DNA of 64,000 nucleotides from an uncultured Actinomycetes bacterium (GCA_963841735.1 CAWJDT010000001.1:448001-512000), one strand, 5' to 3'. Shown: positions 9,487 to 22,699, counted from the stretch's first letter. Notes: generated by a model not told the origin, from the sequence alone. Numbers and translations are program-made.

Positions 9487-10340
9487 GGCACGTATAGCCC
9501 AAGCGTTGTGAAGAACAGAAAGACCACGCTGATGATCCCGTTCATAGTCATGAAGGCCACGCCCACTTTGCCCAGGTCGGCCTTGCGCATGAGCCAGTTC
9601 TCGTAGAAGAGCAGGAGCGCACATAGTCCGACCCCGAGATAGTAGACGAAGCCGGCGCCCTGCGCCCAGCCGGTCACGGCCAAAAGGACTACCGCCAAGA
9701 CATGAAACAGCCTGGTGCTCCAGAGCCCGGCGCGCTCACCAAGATCGGCCGGGATGGAGTGCAGCCCCTGTTCCCGATCGATCTTGACGTCCATGAAGGC
9801 GTAGATCACGTCGAAGCCCGCGATCCACAGGCCCACCCCGGCTCCGAGGACGAAGGGCTCCCAGGTGACCTTGCCTGTGACCGCCACCCAGGCGCCGACC
9901 GGCCCCAGGCCGTCGGCGACGCCCAAGACCAGGTGGCACAGCCAGGTCCACCGCTTGGTAAAGGGGTAAATGACCATGGGGGCCACCACCACCGGCCAGA
10001 GGTAGCGGGTGATGACGGGCAGGTTGAACGTGGCCCAGATCAGCACTCCCAGCGAGACTAGGGCGAAGATACCCACCTGCCACCGCTTCAGCAGCCCCGC
10101 GGGGATCTCCCGTCCGGCAGTGCGAGGGTTGCGCGCGTCGATGCCCGCGTCGATGAGGCGGTTCAGAGCCATTCCGAAGCTCCGGGCGGCGACCATGGCC
10201 ATGGTTATCCAGAACATGCGCCAAAAGCCTGGCACTTCCATCTCGGCCAAGAAGGCAGCCGCGTAGGCAAAGGGGAGCGCAAAGAGGGAGTGCTCGAACT
10301 TCACCAGCCTTGTGAAGCGGCGCGCGTAGGTGAGAGCCAT
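9483..10340 (-). CDS. ubiA: UbiA-family prenyltransferase (MqnP-type)
   Basis: KFEHSLFALPF, NRLIDAGIDARNPRT, GFDVIYA. Confidence 0.9.
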   Translation of the reverse strand: MALTYARRFTRLVKFEHSLFALPFAYAAAFLAEMEVPGFWRMFWITMAMVAARSFGMALNRLIDAGIDARNPRTAGREIPAGLLKRWQVGIFALVSLGVLIWATFNLPVITRYLWPVVVAPMVIYPFTKRWTWLCHLVLGVADGLGPVGAWVAVTGKVTWEPFVLGAGVGLWIAGFDVIYAFMDVKIDREQGLHSIPADLGERAGLWSTRLFHVLAVVLLAVTGWAQGAGFVYYLGVGLCALLLFYENWLMRKADLGKVGVAFMTMNGIISVVFLFFTTLGLYVP

Positions 10341-10349
10341 GCCGATGCC

Positions 10350-11816
10350 CTAGCTGCCGGGGCCGCCGCTCCTGGCGACCGGCCCACCTAGACCCAAGCT
10401 GGGCCACAGTTCGTCGATGCGGGCCTTGATCTGCGGCGACATCTCCACATCGGGTGGCCATTCCCGGGGGTGCCCCTCTGCGGGGCCCTTCTTGGTGGCG
10501 TCGATGCCGATCTTGGCTCCCCAGAGAGGCTGCGGCGCCGAATGGTCGAGCACGTCGAGAGGTCCCTCGGTCACCACCACGTCCCGCCGCCAGTCCACGT
10601 TGTTGAACACCCGCCACGCCACCTGGGCGTAGTCATGCACGTCCACGTCGGCGTCCACCACCACGATGCACTTGCAGAACTGCATCTGCCCCGCTCCCCA
10701 CAACGCATGCATCACCTTGCGCGCGTGCAGCGGATAGCGCTTGTCCATGGACACCAAGGCGCAGTTGTGGAAACCCCCTTCCTTGGGAAGGTCGAAGTCC
10801 ACCAGTTCCGGGAGTGTGAAGCGCATGAGGGGCAGGAAGATCCGCTCGGTGGCCTTGCCCAGATAGGTGTCTTCCATAGGCGCCTGCCCCACGATGGTAG
10901 TGGAGTAGATGGGATCGCGCCGGTGCGTGATCGCGGTCAGATGAAGAACCGGGTACTGGTCGGCCAGGGAGTAGTAGCCGGTGTGATCCCCGAAGGGCCC
11001 TTCGGTGCGGGTCTCGTCCAGATCTATGTAGCCCTCCAACACGAACTCCGCGTGCGCCGGCACCTCGAGGTCCACCGTCTGGCACTTGACCATCTCCACC
11101 GCCTCTCCCCGCAAGAAGCCTGCGAAGAGCATCTCGTCCAGCGCCCCGGGGAGCGGCGCCGTGGCGGCGTAGGTCACCGCAGGGTCGGTGCCGATGGCCA
11201 CCGCCGCTTCCATGCGGCCCGTCGAGCCGGCGTAGTGCTCGGCGCCATCCTTGTGTATGTGCCAATGCATGCCGGTGGTGCGGCCATCGAACACCTGCAG
11301 CCGGTACATACCCACGTTGCGTGCACCAGTCCGGGGATGACGGGTAAAGACCAAGGGGAGCGTGATGTAACGGCCGCCGTCCAGGGGCCAGCACTGGAGG
11401 ATGGGAAGGGCCTGCAGATCGATTTGATCCCCGGTGAGCACCACCTCTTGGCAGGCGCCGTGCTTAACAGACCGCGTCTGCAAGGCGGCCAGGTCCTTGA
11501 GCCGGCCGAGAGCCCTCAGCTTGTCCATGGTGCTGCCAGGCACCTCCATGGCGATCAACTTCTCCACCCGGGCCGCCAGATCGTCGTATGATGCCGCCCG
11601 CAAAGCCAGGCACATGCGTTCGTGACTGCCGAACTGATTGACCAGCACAGGCACCGTGCTGCCCTTCGGGTGCGTGAACAGAAGCGCCGGTCCACCGGCC
11701 TTGCCCACCCGATCAGCGATCTCGGTGATCTCCAAGACGGGGTCGACGGGAGCGTCCACCACCGTGAGCAGACCCTTATCCCGCAGGAGAGCGATGTAGT
11801 CGCGCAGATCCTTCAT
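10350..11816 (-). CDS. ubiD: UbiD-family menaquinone biosynthesis decarboxylase
   Basis: RNVGMYRLQ, EGPFGDHTGYY, DVLDH, GIDATKK. Confidence 0.92.
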   Translation of the reverse strand: MKDLRDYIALLRDKGLLTVVDAPVDPVLEITEIADRVGKAGGPALLFTHPKGSTVPVLVNQFGSHERMCLALRAASYDDLAARVEKLIAMEVPGSTMDKLRALGRLKDLAALQTRSVKHGACQEVVLTGDQIDLQALPILQCWPLDGGRYITLPLVFTRHPRTGARNVGMYRLQVFDGRTTGMHWHIHKDGAEHYAGSTGRMEAAVAIGTDPAVTYAATAPLPGALDEMLFAGFLRGEAVEMVKCQTVDLEVPAHAEFVLEGYIDLDETRTEGPFGDHTGYYSLADQYPVLHLTAITHRRDPIYSTTIVGQAPMEDTYLGKATERIFLPLMRFTLPELVDFDLPKEGGFHNCALVSMDKRYPLHARKVMHALWGAGQMQFCKCIVVVDADVDVHDYAQVAWRVFNNVDWRRDVVVTEGPLDVLDHSAPQPLWGAKIGIDATKKGPAEGHPREWPPDVEMSPQIKARIDELWPSLGLGGPVARSGGPGS

Positions 11817-11838
11817 AAGCGGGGGCCTCGACGCCCGG

Positions 11839-12966
11839 TCACAGGCCCGGGACCGGCTTCCCCGGCTCTCCCAGCACTTCACGATAGACCCGGATGGTGT
11901 CCTCGGCCGCCCTACTCCAAGGGAATAGCGACGATTGCCGCAGCCCCGCCCGGCGCAGGGAGCCCCTCAGATCAGGGTCGGTCAGCACCCGCACCACACA
12001 GTCCTCAAAGGCGTCCAGCGAGGTTGGGTTGAAAAGTAGCGCCGCCGAGCCGGTGACCTCAGGGAGCGACGACGAGTTCGACACCACGCAAGGGGTCCCG
12101 CAGGCCATGGCCTCGAGAGGCGGGAGGCCGAAACCCTCGTATAGCGACGGGAACACGAACACGTCGGCTGCCGAGTACACCGCCGGCAGGTCGTCGTCGG
12201 GAATGAAGCCGGGAAACAGCACATGCCCCTCCAGTCCCTGCTTGGCCACCTCTCCCAAGACCTTGTGATAGTCACCCCGCTTCTCCCCCGCCAGAACCAA
12301 AGCGGGCAGATCCGCCAACCGTCCGCGTAATCTCGCCCACGCCTGGACGAGAAAGATGAGGTTCTTCTCCGGCCGGAAGTCTCCAGCCCAGAACGCGAAA
12401 CGCTCAGGCAGTGAGTGGCGGTTACGCGCAGCCAACAAGACCTTCTCGTCGGTCTGCGGACCGAACCGCGCCGAGACCCCGTTATGGATGACTCTCACCT
12501 TGGTCTGGTCTACGCCGGCGTAGACCCCCAGGGCCGAATAGAGGATCTGCGAAACACAAATCACCCGATGAGACTCTTCTATGCTGCGGTTGAAGTGCCG
12601 CCTCCAGCGCAGGCGGAGAAGCGGGGAGAGGGTGCCGGGGTAGAGAAAAGGCGCAACGTCATGAACGGTGGTCACAAGAGGCGCGGGAACCGGGGTGGGT
12701 GCCCAAGGGCTGGGCACGTGTAGAAGATCCACCTTCGACGCTCTGACGAGCGCCCGAAAGGCCGGACGGCCGTGAGGCGCGAGGATGTCCATGTTGGCCG
12801 ACACGAGGGTGAAAGACTCGGCCCGCGGGATGCTACTCTTGGCTCGGTCCTCGCAGAAGACCACCGTTTCCAAGCCAGAATCAGCGAACTGCCTGAGCAA
12901 GTTGCGGGTATAGGTGCCGATACCGCCCCGGAGGGCGACGGCTCTTGCGTCGAAGCCTATCCGCAC
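11839..12966 (-). CDS. Glycosyltransferase family 4
   Basis: GGIGTY, TVHD, FVFPSLYEGFGLPPLEAMACG. Confidence 0.9.
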   Translation of the reverse strand: MRIGFDARAVALRGGIGTYTRNLLRQFADSGLETVVFCEDRAKSSIPRAESFTLVSANMDILAPHGRPAFRALVRASKVDLLHVPSPWAPTPVPAPLVTTVHDVAPFLYPGTLSPLLRLRWRRHFNRSIEESHRVICVSQILYSALGVYAGVDQTKVRVIHNGVSARFGPQTDEKVLLAARNRHSLPERFAFWAGDFRPEKNLIFLVQAWARLRGRLADLPALVLAGEKRGDYHKVLGEVAKQGLEGHVLFPGFIPDDDLPAVYSAADVFVFPSLYEGFGLPPLEAMACGTPCVVSNSSSLPEVTGSAALLFNPTSLDAFEDCVVRVLTDPDLRGSLRRAGLRQSSLFPWSRAAEDTIRVYREVLGEPGKPVPGL

Positions 12967-13005
12967 AAAGCCTCCAGTATGCGTTGATGAGGTCTCAAAC
13001 GGCGG

Positions 13006-13033
13006 TCAAGTTATCTTCGCATATACCCGAAAT
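13006..13033 (+). promoter_or_regulatory. Putative sigma28/WhiG-type promoter TCAA-N16-CCCGAAAT
   Basis: Resembles TAAA-N16-GCCGATAA; upstream of the GGDEF gene. Confidence 0.4.
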
Positions 13034-13122
13034 AGGTGTATGGGACATGTGTGCTTCTTGCACTGCGCGGGAAGTGATTGTAGAATGTGTGCAGTTTTTC
13101 ATCTTGAGCGAAGAGGCTGGCT

Positions 13123-14145
13123 GTGCTGAAAGGCGTCGACACACACGCGTGTGGCGAGGGCGGGGAAGCGGGCTCTATCCTGGCGAAGGCCAGGAATATC
13201 CTGGACGACCACAAACTCGACATAACCAAGGCATGGCTCGGCCGTATGGTCGGGCAGTTGGACGACCTTGAGGCCCTCGAGCGATTCCCCACCCAAGAAA
13301 GCATACGCACCTCGTTGGAACTCATAGAGGGGCTGACTAAGTGTCTCTCCGACGAGGGCGCCCTCGCGCAGTTTGACGAAGGTGGCCTCTACTACCAGCA
13401 AGCAGCCACTCTTGGCTTGTTGCAGCGCGACGACACCAGCACCATCGCTACCCTGTCCGACAGCCTTTGCGCCCTGGAGGATGCAATCTGGGACAGTCTG
13501 GCCAACGGACTCCGCCATCAAGACAAAGACCTGCTCCAGCTGGTCAGGGTGCTGCGCCTGGGCATCCATCGCATCATGACCGCGGCCTCCGAGGCTTATC
13601 ACAAGCAGAGCAACGCGGAACTAAACAGGCTGGCCCATACGGACGCCCTTACCGGACTGTACAACCGGCGCTACTGGGAACCGGAACTGCAACGGTACAC
13701 AGAGCTATACAAGCGGTACAGGCACCCCTTCGCCATCCTGATGCTCGATTTTGACAATCTCAAGTGGGTCAACGACACCTTCGGGCATGCGGCCGGCGAC
13801 ACGGCCCTCTCCCATCTGGCCACCGTCATGCGCATGAACATCCGCGATGTGGATATCCCCTGCCGCTTCGGAGGCGACGAGTTTCTCATTCTGATGCCAG
13901 AGGCTGACAAGAACGCTATCGAGATGGTCGGTCGACGCATCGCCGAGTCCATCAACAAGACCCGCTTCAAGCTCGGACGGTCCTTCGCCAGCCTGCAGGT
14001 AAGTTTTGGGGCTGCCGCGTGCCCTGAGGACGCGACGGAGGCTGATCTCCTTCTCAAAGAAGCCGACGCCAGTATGTATCGCGCCAAAGAGAAGAAGGGA
14101 GAACGGGGCGGCCAGGCTCAAGCCTCCGCTCCTTCGGCCACCTAG
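13123..14145 (+). CDS. Diguanylate cyclase with N-terminal helical (RsbRD_N-like) domain
   Basis: DALTGLYNRR, VNDTFGHAAGD, RDVD I-site, RFGGDEF. Confidence 0.9.
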   Translation: MLKGVDTHACGEGGEAGSILAKARNILDDHKLDITKAWLGRMVGQLDDLEALERFPTQESIRTSLELIEGLTKCLSDEGALAQFDEGGLYYQQAATLGLLQRDDTSTIATLSDSLCALEDAIWDSLANGLRHQDKDLLQLVRVLRLGIHRIMTAASEAYHKQSNAELNRLAHTDALTGLYNRRYWEPELQRYTELYKRYRHPFAILMLDFDNLKWVNDTFGHAAGDTALSHLATVMRMNIRDVDIPCRFGGDEFLILMPEADKNAIEMVGRRIAESINKTRFKLGRSFASLQVSFGAAACPEDATEADLLLKEADASMYRAKEKKGERGGQAQASAPSAT

Positions 14146-14669
14146 CGATCTCGGCCCGGCTCCGCGCACTCGTAAGCTTCGCCCCGCAGCGTCTCCACGG
14201 CGTGCTCTAGCGCCGGCGCGATCACCGCAAAATGCTCCCGGCAGGCTTTGGGGCTGCCGGGCATGTTGATGATCAGTGTCCTCCCCCGCACTGCCGCCAC
14301 CGCCCGACTTAGCATCGCATGGGGTGTGATCTCAAGAGAGGCGGCGCGCATAGCCTCCACGAATCCTGGCGCCAGGCGATCGGCCACCACCCGGGTGGCC
14401 TCGGGGGTGCGATCGCGAGGAGCAAGACCGGTGCCGCCGGTGGTCAGGATTAGGTCGGTCTCACCGCCATCGGCGATGCTCCTCAAGACCCCCTCTATCC
14501 AAGCCTGATCGTCGGGGATCACCACCGGCTCGCCCACTTCGGCTCCCATCGCCCGCAACAAGGCCTGAAGCTCCGGTCCCGACGCATCCACGCGCTCTCC
14601 AGCGCTGGCCTTATCACTTAGAGTGACCACGGCGGCCCTGATCGGGCGCCGCGGCTGGAGATCCTTCAT
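14142..14669 (-). CDS. mog: Molybdopterin adenylyltransferase MogA/MoaB
   Basis: TLSDK, TTGGTGLAPRDRTPEAT, INMPGSPK. Confidence 0.9.
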   Translation of the reverse strand: MKDLQPRRPIRAAVVTLSDKASAGERVDASGPELQALLRAMGAEVGEPVVIPDDQAWIEGVLRSIADGGETDLILTTGGTGLAPRDRTPEATRVVADRLAPGFVEAMRAASLEITPHAMLSRAVAAVRGRTLIINMPGSPKACREHFAVIAPALEHAVETLRGEAYECAEPGRDR

Positions 14670-15694
14670 GCTCCGGCCCCCCAGGCCCGCACCCGCACGG
14701 CGTCACCCGGGGAGACCCGCCCGCCGCGCAGTACCCTCACGAAGATGCCCTCCCGCGGCATGACACAATCGCCCGCCTGCTCGTAGATGGCGCAGCGCGA
14801 GTGGCACTCCTTGCCGATCTGGGTGACTTCCACCAACGCCTCTCCCATGTCCAAAGTCGTGTTGATGGGAAGCGCGGCCACCTCGATCCCGAGAGTGGTG
14901 ATGTTCTCAGCGAAATCGCCGGGGCCCACGTCCAGGCCGGCGGCGGTCATCTTGTCGATGGATTCCTGGGCAAGTAGGCTGACCTGCCGGTGCCAGGGAC
15001 CCGCATGGGCGTCATCCTCTATGCCGTGCTCCACACGCAGAACCGCCTCGGCTACTGCCCTCTTCCGCTCTCCCTTGGCCGCGCTGATGTTCACGGCAAC
15101 CACTATCCCTGCCGGCGCGGTGGCTCGAGCCACCGGCGCCATGACTGCGGGCGCCGCGGCTACAGACGCCGCGACCGAAGACCCCAGGGTGAGCGCGGAC
15201 TCCGGCGCCGACGCGGGCGGGCGGAGATAGTCTTCCTTGCCCCCGGTCTTCTGCAGCAGCCGGAGGTCACCTATTACCATTTCCCTGTCGACGGCCTTGC
15301 ACATGTCATAGATGGTTATGGCCGCGATCATGGCCCCAGTAAGGGCTTCCATCTCCACACCGGTGCGGTCCTCGGTGCGGGCGATGCACTCGATGTCGAT
15401 GCGCGCCTCTTCGTCAACGATGCAGAACGTCAGATCCACCTGCGTCAGCGATAGGGGGTGGCAAAGAGGAATGAGTTCGGCGGTCCGCTTCGCCGCCATG
15501 ATGCCGGCCACCTTGGCCACGGCCAGAACGTCGCCCTTGGGGAGGGCCTGCTTCTGCAGGAGGTCCAGGGTGGCCGGGGCCATCCACACACGCGCGCCGA
15601 CCCGGGCCGCGCGCCGCGTGACCTCCTTGCCGCCCACATCCACCATGCGCGCGTTGCCCCTCTCGTCGACGTGGCTCAGAGACGACTGGTCCAT
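14666..15694 (-). CDS. moaC: MoaC-MOSC domain fusion
   Basis: LSHVD..MVDV, LIPLCHP, TGVEMEAL, then MOSC DAHAG..HRQVSLL, GDFAEN, GKECH..C...CVMP. Confidence 0.9.
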   Translation of the reverse strand: MDQSSLSHVDERGNARMVDVGGKEVTRRAARVGARVWMAPATLDLLQKQALPKGDVLAVAKVAGIMAAKRTAELIPLCHPLSLTQVDLTFCIVDEEARIDIECIARTEDRTGVEMEALTGAMIAAITIYDMCKAVDREMVIGDLRLLQKTGGKEDYLRPPASAPESALTLGSSVAASVAAAPAVMAPVARATAPAGIVVAVNISAAKGERKRAVAEAVLRVEHGIEDDAHAGPWHRQVSLLAQESIDKMTAAGLDVGPGDFAENITTLGIEVAALPINTTLDMGEALVEVTQIGKECHSRCAIYEQAGDCVMPREGIFVRVLRGGRVSPGDAVRVRAWGAGA

Positions 15695-15695
15695 C

Positions 15696-16676
15696 TCAGC
15701 CTCCTACCTGCGACATGCCCCGGCCGCTACGCCCCGGGAGGACGTTCTTGTCAAACGTCTTGCCCTCCAAAGAAGCTCCGATCACCGCAAGCACCGCCTC
15801 CATGTCGCGTGCCTGCACCGCAGGCCTCGCATCGACTTCGTCGCTCGAGAACAGGCAGTTCTTGAGCCGGCCGTCCGCCGTCAGGCGCAGGCGGTTGCAC
15901 TCCCCGCAGAAATGGTCGGACACCGAACCGATGAAGCCCAGCGTACCCTGGTGGCCGGCGAATGTGTAGTAGTGGGCCGGACCCCATCCGCCCGGCGAGG
16001 CCGCTGCCTCCAACTCACCCAATCCCTGCGCCCCCAACTCCCGCAGAGCAGCAAGCACCTCGCTCTTGGGCAGCGAGTCGCCGGCCGAGCGCGGGCCGCA
16101 TCCTCCCACGGGCATCCACTCGATGAAGCGCACGTGCAGGGGCCGGTCGCGCGTCAGGGCCACAAAACCGGGCAATTCCGCCAGTAGGCCGTGCATCATC
16201 ACAACGTTCAGCTTGACCGGACTTAAGTCATGACGGAGCGCCGCATCCACGCCTTCCAGAGCCGCCCCCAGTGAGCCGCCCCTGGTCAGATATCGGTATC
16301 GTTCGGGGTCCAGCGAGTCCAGGCTGATATTGACCCGGTCTAGACCCTGCGCCTTGAGCGCCTCGGCGAACCGAGGCAGAAGAGCCCCGTTGGTGGTAAG
16401 CGAGATATCACTGATCTCAGGCAGACCTCGCAGAAGACCCACCAGGTCTGCCGCGCCTTTCCGCACCAAAGGCTCGCCACCGGTAAGCCGCACCTTGGAG
16501 ATGCCCAAACGCGCGGCCGCCCTCACAAAGAAGGCCATATCCTCGTAGGAGAGCATGTCCTCATGCGGCTTGGGCGGAACCCCCTCGGGAGGCATGCAGT
16601 ACACGCAACGGTAGTTGCACCTATCGGTGACCGAAAGACGGAGGTAATCGACTTTCTGTCCCGCGAGAGAGTTCAC
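15696..16676 (-). CDS. moaA: GTP 3',8-cyclase
   Basis: YLRLSVTDRCNYRCVYCMP, FCGECNRLR, C-terminal GG. Confidence 0.95.
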   Translation of the reverse strand: MNSLAGQKVDYLRLSVTDRCNYRCVYCMPPEGVPPKPHEDMLSYEDMAFFVRAAARLGISKVRLTGGEPLVRKGAADLVGLLRGLPEISDISLTTNGALLPRFAEALKAQGLDRVNISLDSLDPERYRYLTRGGSLGAALEGVDAALRHDLSPVKLNVVMMHGLLAELPGFVALTRDRPLHVRFIEWMPVGGCGPRSAGDSLPKSEVLAALRELGAQGLGELEAAASPGGWGPAHYYTFAGHQGTLGFIGSVSDHFCGECNRLRLTADGRLKNCLFSSDEVDARPAVQARDMEAVLAVIGASLEGKTFDKNVLPGRSGRGMSQVGG

Positions 16677-16727
16677 GCGCCGACATCCTTTGCCCTGTAC
16701 CGGGCCGCGGAAGAGCGGACCCGGTCG

Positions 16728-17930
16728 TTATACTTGTGCGAGTATACGCTGTTCGATGAGGTCGGCCAAACCACGGAAATCGTCGAGGGCGACCTGGGGG
16801 ACCGGGTAGTCGAGAAACGATTGGTCGCTGGCGATACCGATCAGTTCGTCAGGAGTGCTCACCAACTCACCGCTCCTCGCCCGGCGCGATACTTCTATCT
16901 TAGGGGCATCCTGCTTCTTGAATCCCTCGGTTATGACCAGGTCCACCGGTTCGGCGATCTGCCTCACCAGGTCTTCCAACGGACGTTCTTCCTCCACCGT
17001 GTTCAGCCAGACGTACTTGTCGGGAGAAGAGATGCCCACCACCGCTGCTCCCACTTCGCGGAACCGGTAGGAGTCGGTACCAGGCACGTCCACCTCGAAC
17101 CCGTGTGTGTCGTGTTTGAGGGCGGCCACCCGGTAGCCGCGGCTCTGCAGCTCCTTGATGACCCCCAAGACCACTGTGGTCTTGCCCGACTTCTTCTTGC
17201 CTATGAAAGACACTACCGGGAGTGGGGACGCGGTCATGAAAGCCTGGATGCTGGGCCGGAGCGCCGCGCGCCGGCTTCCGTCCTCCTCCGCCAGCCGCTG
17301 CCTGGCCACCTCCAGCTCACCGGGAGTGTTGACGTTGACAAACAACCGGTCGGGATCGCCGTACCTGCCGCCATCCATTTCCAGGAAACCCGTGTTGAGG
17401 TCGGGGTAGATGTCGAATATGCGGCGGCCACCAGAGCGGATGAAGTTCAGATAGGGCTCGAGAGTCCCCTTTCCGTACACAGCGCAGAGAGGCTGCATGT
17501 ACTCGCCGTGCCGGGGAACAAACACATCGAAACCCGCGGACCGCTCGGCCAGAACACGCAGCAATCGAGGAGTGACGAAAGGCATGTCGCAGGCCAAACA
17601 GAGCACTCGCTCGGTAGGCGAAGCCAGCGCCGCCGTGTAGACACCCACGGCGGAACCACCTTCAGTAAGAGCGTCGTTGACCACCGGCAGGCCCAATCCG
17701 TGGAAGCGAGAGGGGTCCTTGGCCACGATGAACACATCCGCGAAGAGCGGAGCCAGGCGGTCCCGCATCCACTCAAGTAGAGTCCCTCCCACAAAGGAGG
17801 CGAAGGCCTTGTCCTCGCCCATGCGGCTGGAGAGTCCGCCGGCCAGAAGCGCCAGACTCACATCCGACAGACACGTACGCTGCCGAGGCGAGCTCACCGG
17901 ATCAGCTGGGGAGCCTGCAGTCTCGTTCAT
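16728..17930 (-). CDS. mobA: MobA-MobB fusion (Mo cofactor guanylyltransferase + MobB)
   Basis: LAGGLSSRMGEDK, ACDMPF, NVNTP, then GKKKSGKTT, KHDTHGFEVD, EGFK. Confidence 0.9.
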   Translation of the reverse strand: MNETAGSPADPVSSPRQRTCLSDVSLALLAGGLSSRMGEDKAFASFVGGTLLEWMRDRLAPLFADVFIVAKDPSRFHGLGLPVVNDALTEGGSAVGVYTAALASPTERVLCLACDMPFVTPRLLRVLAERSAGFDVFVPRHGEYMQPLCAVYGKGTLEPYLNFIRSGGRRIFDIYPDLNTGFLEMDGGRYGDPDRLFVNVNTPGELEVARQRLAEEDGSRRAALRPSIQAFMTASPLPVVSFIGKKKSGKTTVVLGVIKELQSRGYRVAALKHDTHGFEVDVPGTDSYRFREVGAAVVGISSPDKYVWLNTVEEERPLEDLVRQIAEPVDLVITEGFKKQDAPKIEVSRRARSGELVSTPDELIGIASDQSFLDYPVPQVALDDFRGLADLIEQRILAQV

Positions 17931-18062
17931 CTGACCTTCCATGTACCACCCATGCTCGCACCTCTCTCCACCCACAAGATCAGAGATTACCTCACGTGAG
18001 CTTCTGTGGCGTAGAAATGCTGCACCGAGTAGAATCGCACCAGCCCGTCAGACGGAGGTGGA

Positions 18063-18974
18063 ATGCCCCCTATCGACCGAATCTTGGCAGCCTACGAGCA
18101 AGGGCTCACCAGGCTGGCAGATGACCTCATAGCTCAGAACAACCCCCCCGAGGAGGACCGAGCCCACCTCATGCTGCTGGCCAGGCTCCTTCAGGCTGTG
18201 GTCGGCACGTACAAGTCGCACCAACTCGACCAAGCTGCCACTCTGCAGGCGGCCGGGTCGGTGCTGACGGCCGGCGGCGCCCACGAGAACCGGAGAGTAC
18301 TCAACGTATCTCTGCGCCGGCTCGTGGACGACAACCTCATGACCCCCTGGTACGCCCGGTTCCTCAACAGCAGCCTGCAACTCAAGCGCACCATCTTGAT
18401 CAGCGGGGGCCCCGGTGTGGGCAAGTCCACCCTACTCAACGCCCTAGTCGACCTGCTACCCCGCGATCACCGCATCGTCTCCGTCGACGAGGCCGACGAG
18501 AATCTGCCGGTGCTACGCGAACGCTCTTTCACGGTGCAGCTCAAAGCCAAGCGAGGCACGCCCGCCAGAACGGCCGTTTTCCGCAGAGCCGCTGAGATGA
18601 GGCCTACGTGGGTAGTAGTCGGCGAAGTGGCAAGGCGAGATGGTCCGGGCTTTCTGGACACGCTCAACGTCGGCGTCACCGGCGGACTGACCACAGTCCA
18701 GAGTCTTGACCCTGAGGCTACGCTGAACGACTGGCTGGCTCTCAACAAGGCCAGCGCCGAGCAACTTCAGAAGCTCAATCCGCTCGTGGTGCATCTGAGC
18801 CGCGATCAGGACGGGCGCCCCCGGGTCGAGAGAGTGATCGAGATCACCACCGACCGAGGCAATCTGGTGGTCACACCCCGCGAGCAGGTGGAAAGCGAAC
18901 AGGTGGGAGTGCAGGGCGGGCAGCGCAGCAACCTCGCCAAGAACGAGCAGGAGAGCGAGTTGGCCCGCCGGTAA
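18063..18974 (+). CDS. Short CpaF/VirB11-like secretion ATPase, degenerate
   Basis: ISGGPGVGKSTLLNAL; RPTWVVVGEV; GGAGG RBS. Confidence 0.7.
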   Translation: MPPIDRILAAYEQGLTRLADDLIAQNNPPEEDRAHLMLLARLLQAVVGTYKSHQLDQAATLQAAGSVLTAGGAHENRRVLNVSLRRLVDDNLMTPWYARFLNSSLQLKRTILISGGPGVGKSTLLNALVDLLPRDHRIVSVDEADENLPVLRERSFTVQLKAKRGTPARTAVFRRAAEMRPTWVVVGEVARRDGPGFLDTLNVGVTGGLTTVQSLDPEATLNDWLALNKASAEQLQKLNPLVVHLSRDQDGRPRVERVIEITTDRGNLVVTPREQVESEQVGVQGGQRSNLAKNEQESELARR

Positions 18975-19057
18975 TAGCCGACGGCTGTGCAGCACCACCC
19001 AGCCGCTCCTCCGCACATTGAAGCCGCGCGAGTGTGTCCTGCTCCACCCCCCGCCGA

Positions 19058-19091
19058 GCCCTAGCTAGCCCTAAGCCCTAAGCGCCTAGCC

Positions 19092-19099
<8 letters not shown>
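19058..19099. repeat. Degenerate GCCCTA(A)G tandem microrepeat at ligA stop
   Basis: gccctagctagccctaagccctaagcgcctagccctagccct. Confidence 0.7.
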
Positions 19100-21854
<2,755 letters not shown>

Positions 21855-21855
<1 letters not shown>

Positions 21856-22683
21856 CACTCCCGCCCTCAGTCTGCCCAGCGCGCTCTCCCAGCCACGCAG
21901 TTGGTCCATGGCCTCGTGCGACATGAGGTCGAAATGGAGCGGCGTGATCGACACCCAGCCTTCGGCGATCGCTTCAAAATCTGTTCCCGCTTCCTTCTGG
22001 TAGCTAAGGTCGTCGTTGTAGATGTGGTACCCGTGGCGGTTACCTTTCGTCTCGCGATACTCGACCTTGTCGCCGTAGATGCGCTTGCCCAGAGTCGTCA
22101 GCCTCGACGCCCTGCAGGGCCTCCCACGAACGATCGGGGCAGTTGACGTTGATGAGCGTCTTGGCCGGAAAGCCGTCTGCCAGCGCCATGGAGACCAGCC
22201 TGTGCGCAATGCGGGCCGGCACGGTGAGATCGTATCCGGGATGGTAGTCCTCGGCCGAGATGGCGATAGCCGGGATGTCCAGCATGATGCCCTCGAACGC
22301 AGCCGCCACCGTGCCCGAGTAGGTGATGTCGTCGCCCAGGTTGCCGCCCAGGTTGATGCCCGAGACGATGAGGTCGGGCGTCCGGTCAAGCAGACCCAGC
22401 GCGGCCATGCGCACGCAGTCCACCGGGGTGCCGTCGGTGCTGAACGCCGGGCTGCCGTCGGCACAGCTGCACCTCTTCCACCCACAGGGGCGCGTGCATG
22501 GTGATGCTGCGGGCCGCCCCCGAGCGGTTCTGGTCGGGAGCCACCACTCGCACGTCGCCAAGAGATTCCAGCGCCGTCTTGAGCGCGCTCAAGACCAGGC
22601 GAGCCGACCCCGTCGTCATTGGTGAGAACGATCAGCGGATGCTTGGTTCCCAGAGCAACCAGCGCGCAGTCCCTACCCGCCAT
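21855..22683 (-). CDS. surE: 5'/3'-nucleotidase SurE (frameshifted)
   Basis: LTNDDG, VVAP, DGTPVDCV, SGINLGGN...YSGTVAAA, VSITPL. Confidence 0.88.
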
Positions 22684-22699
22684 GACAGCAGGCCGGAGC

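Noticed and set aside
14142-18060. Moco riboswitch; novelty of MoaC-MOSC and MobA-MobB fusions
   Set aside because: No riboswitch motif recognised; both fusions are known architectures
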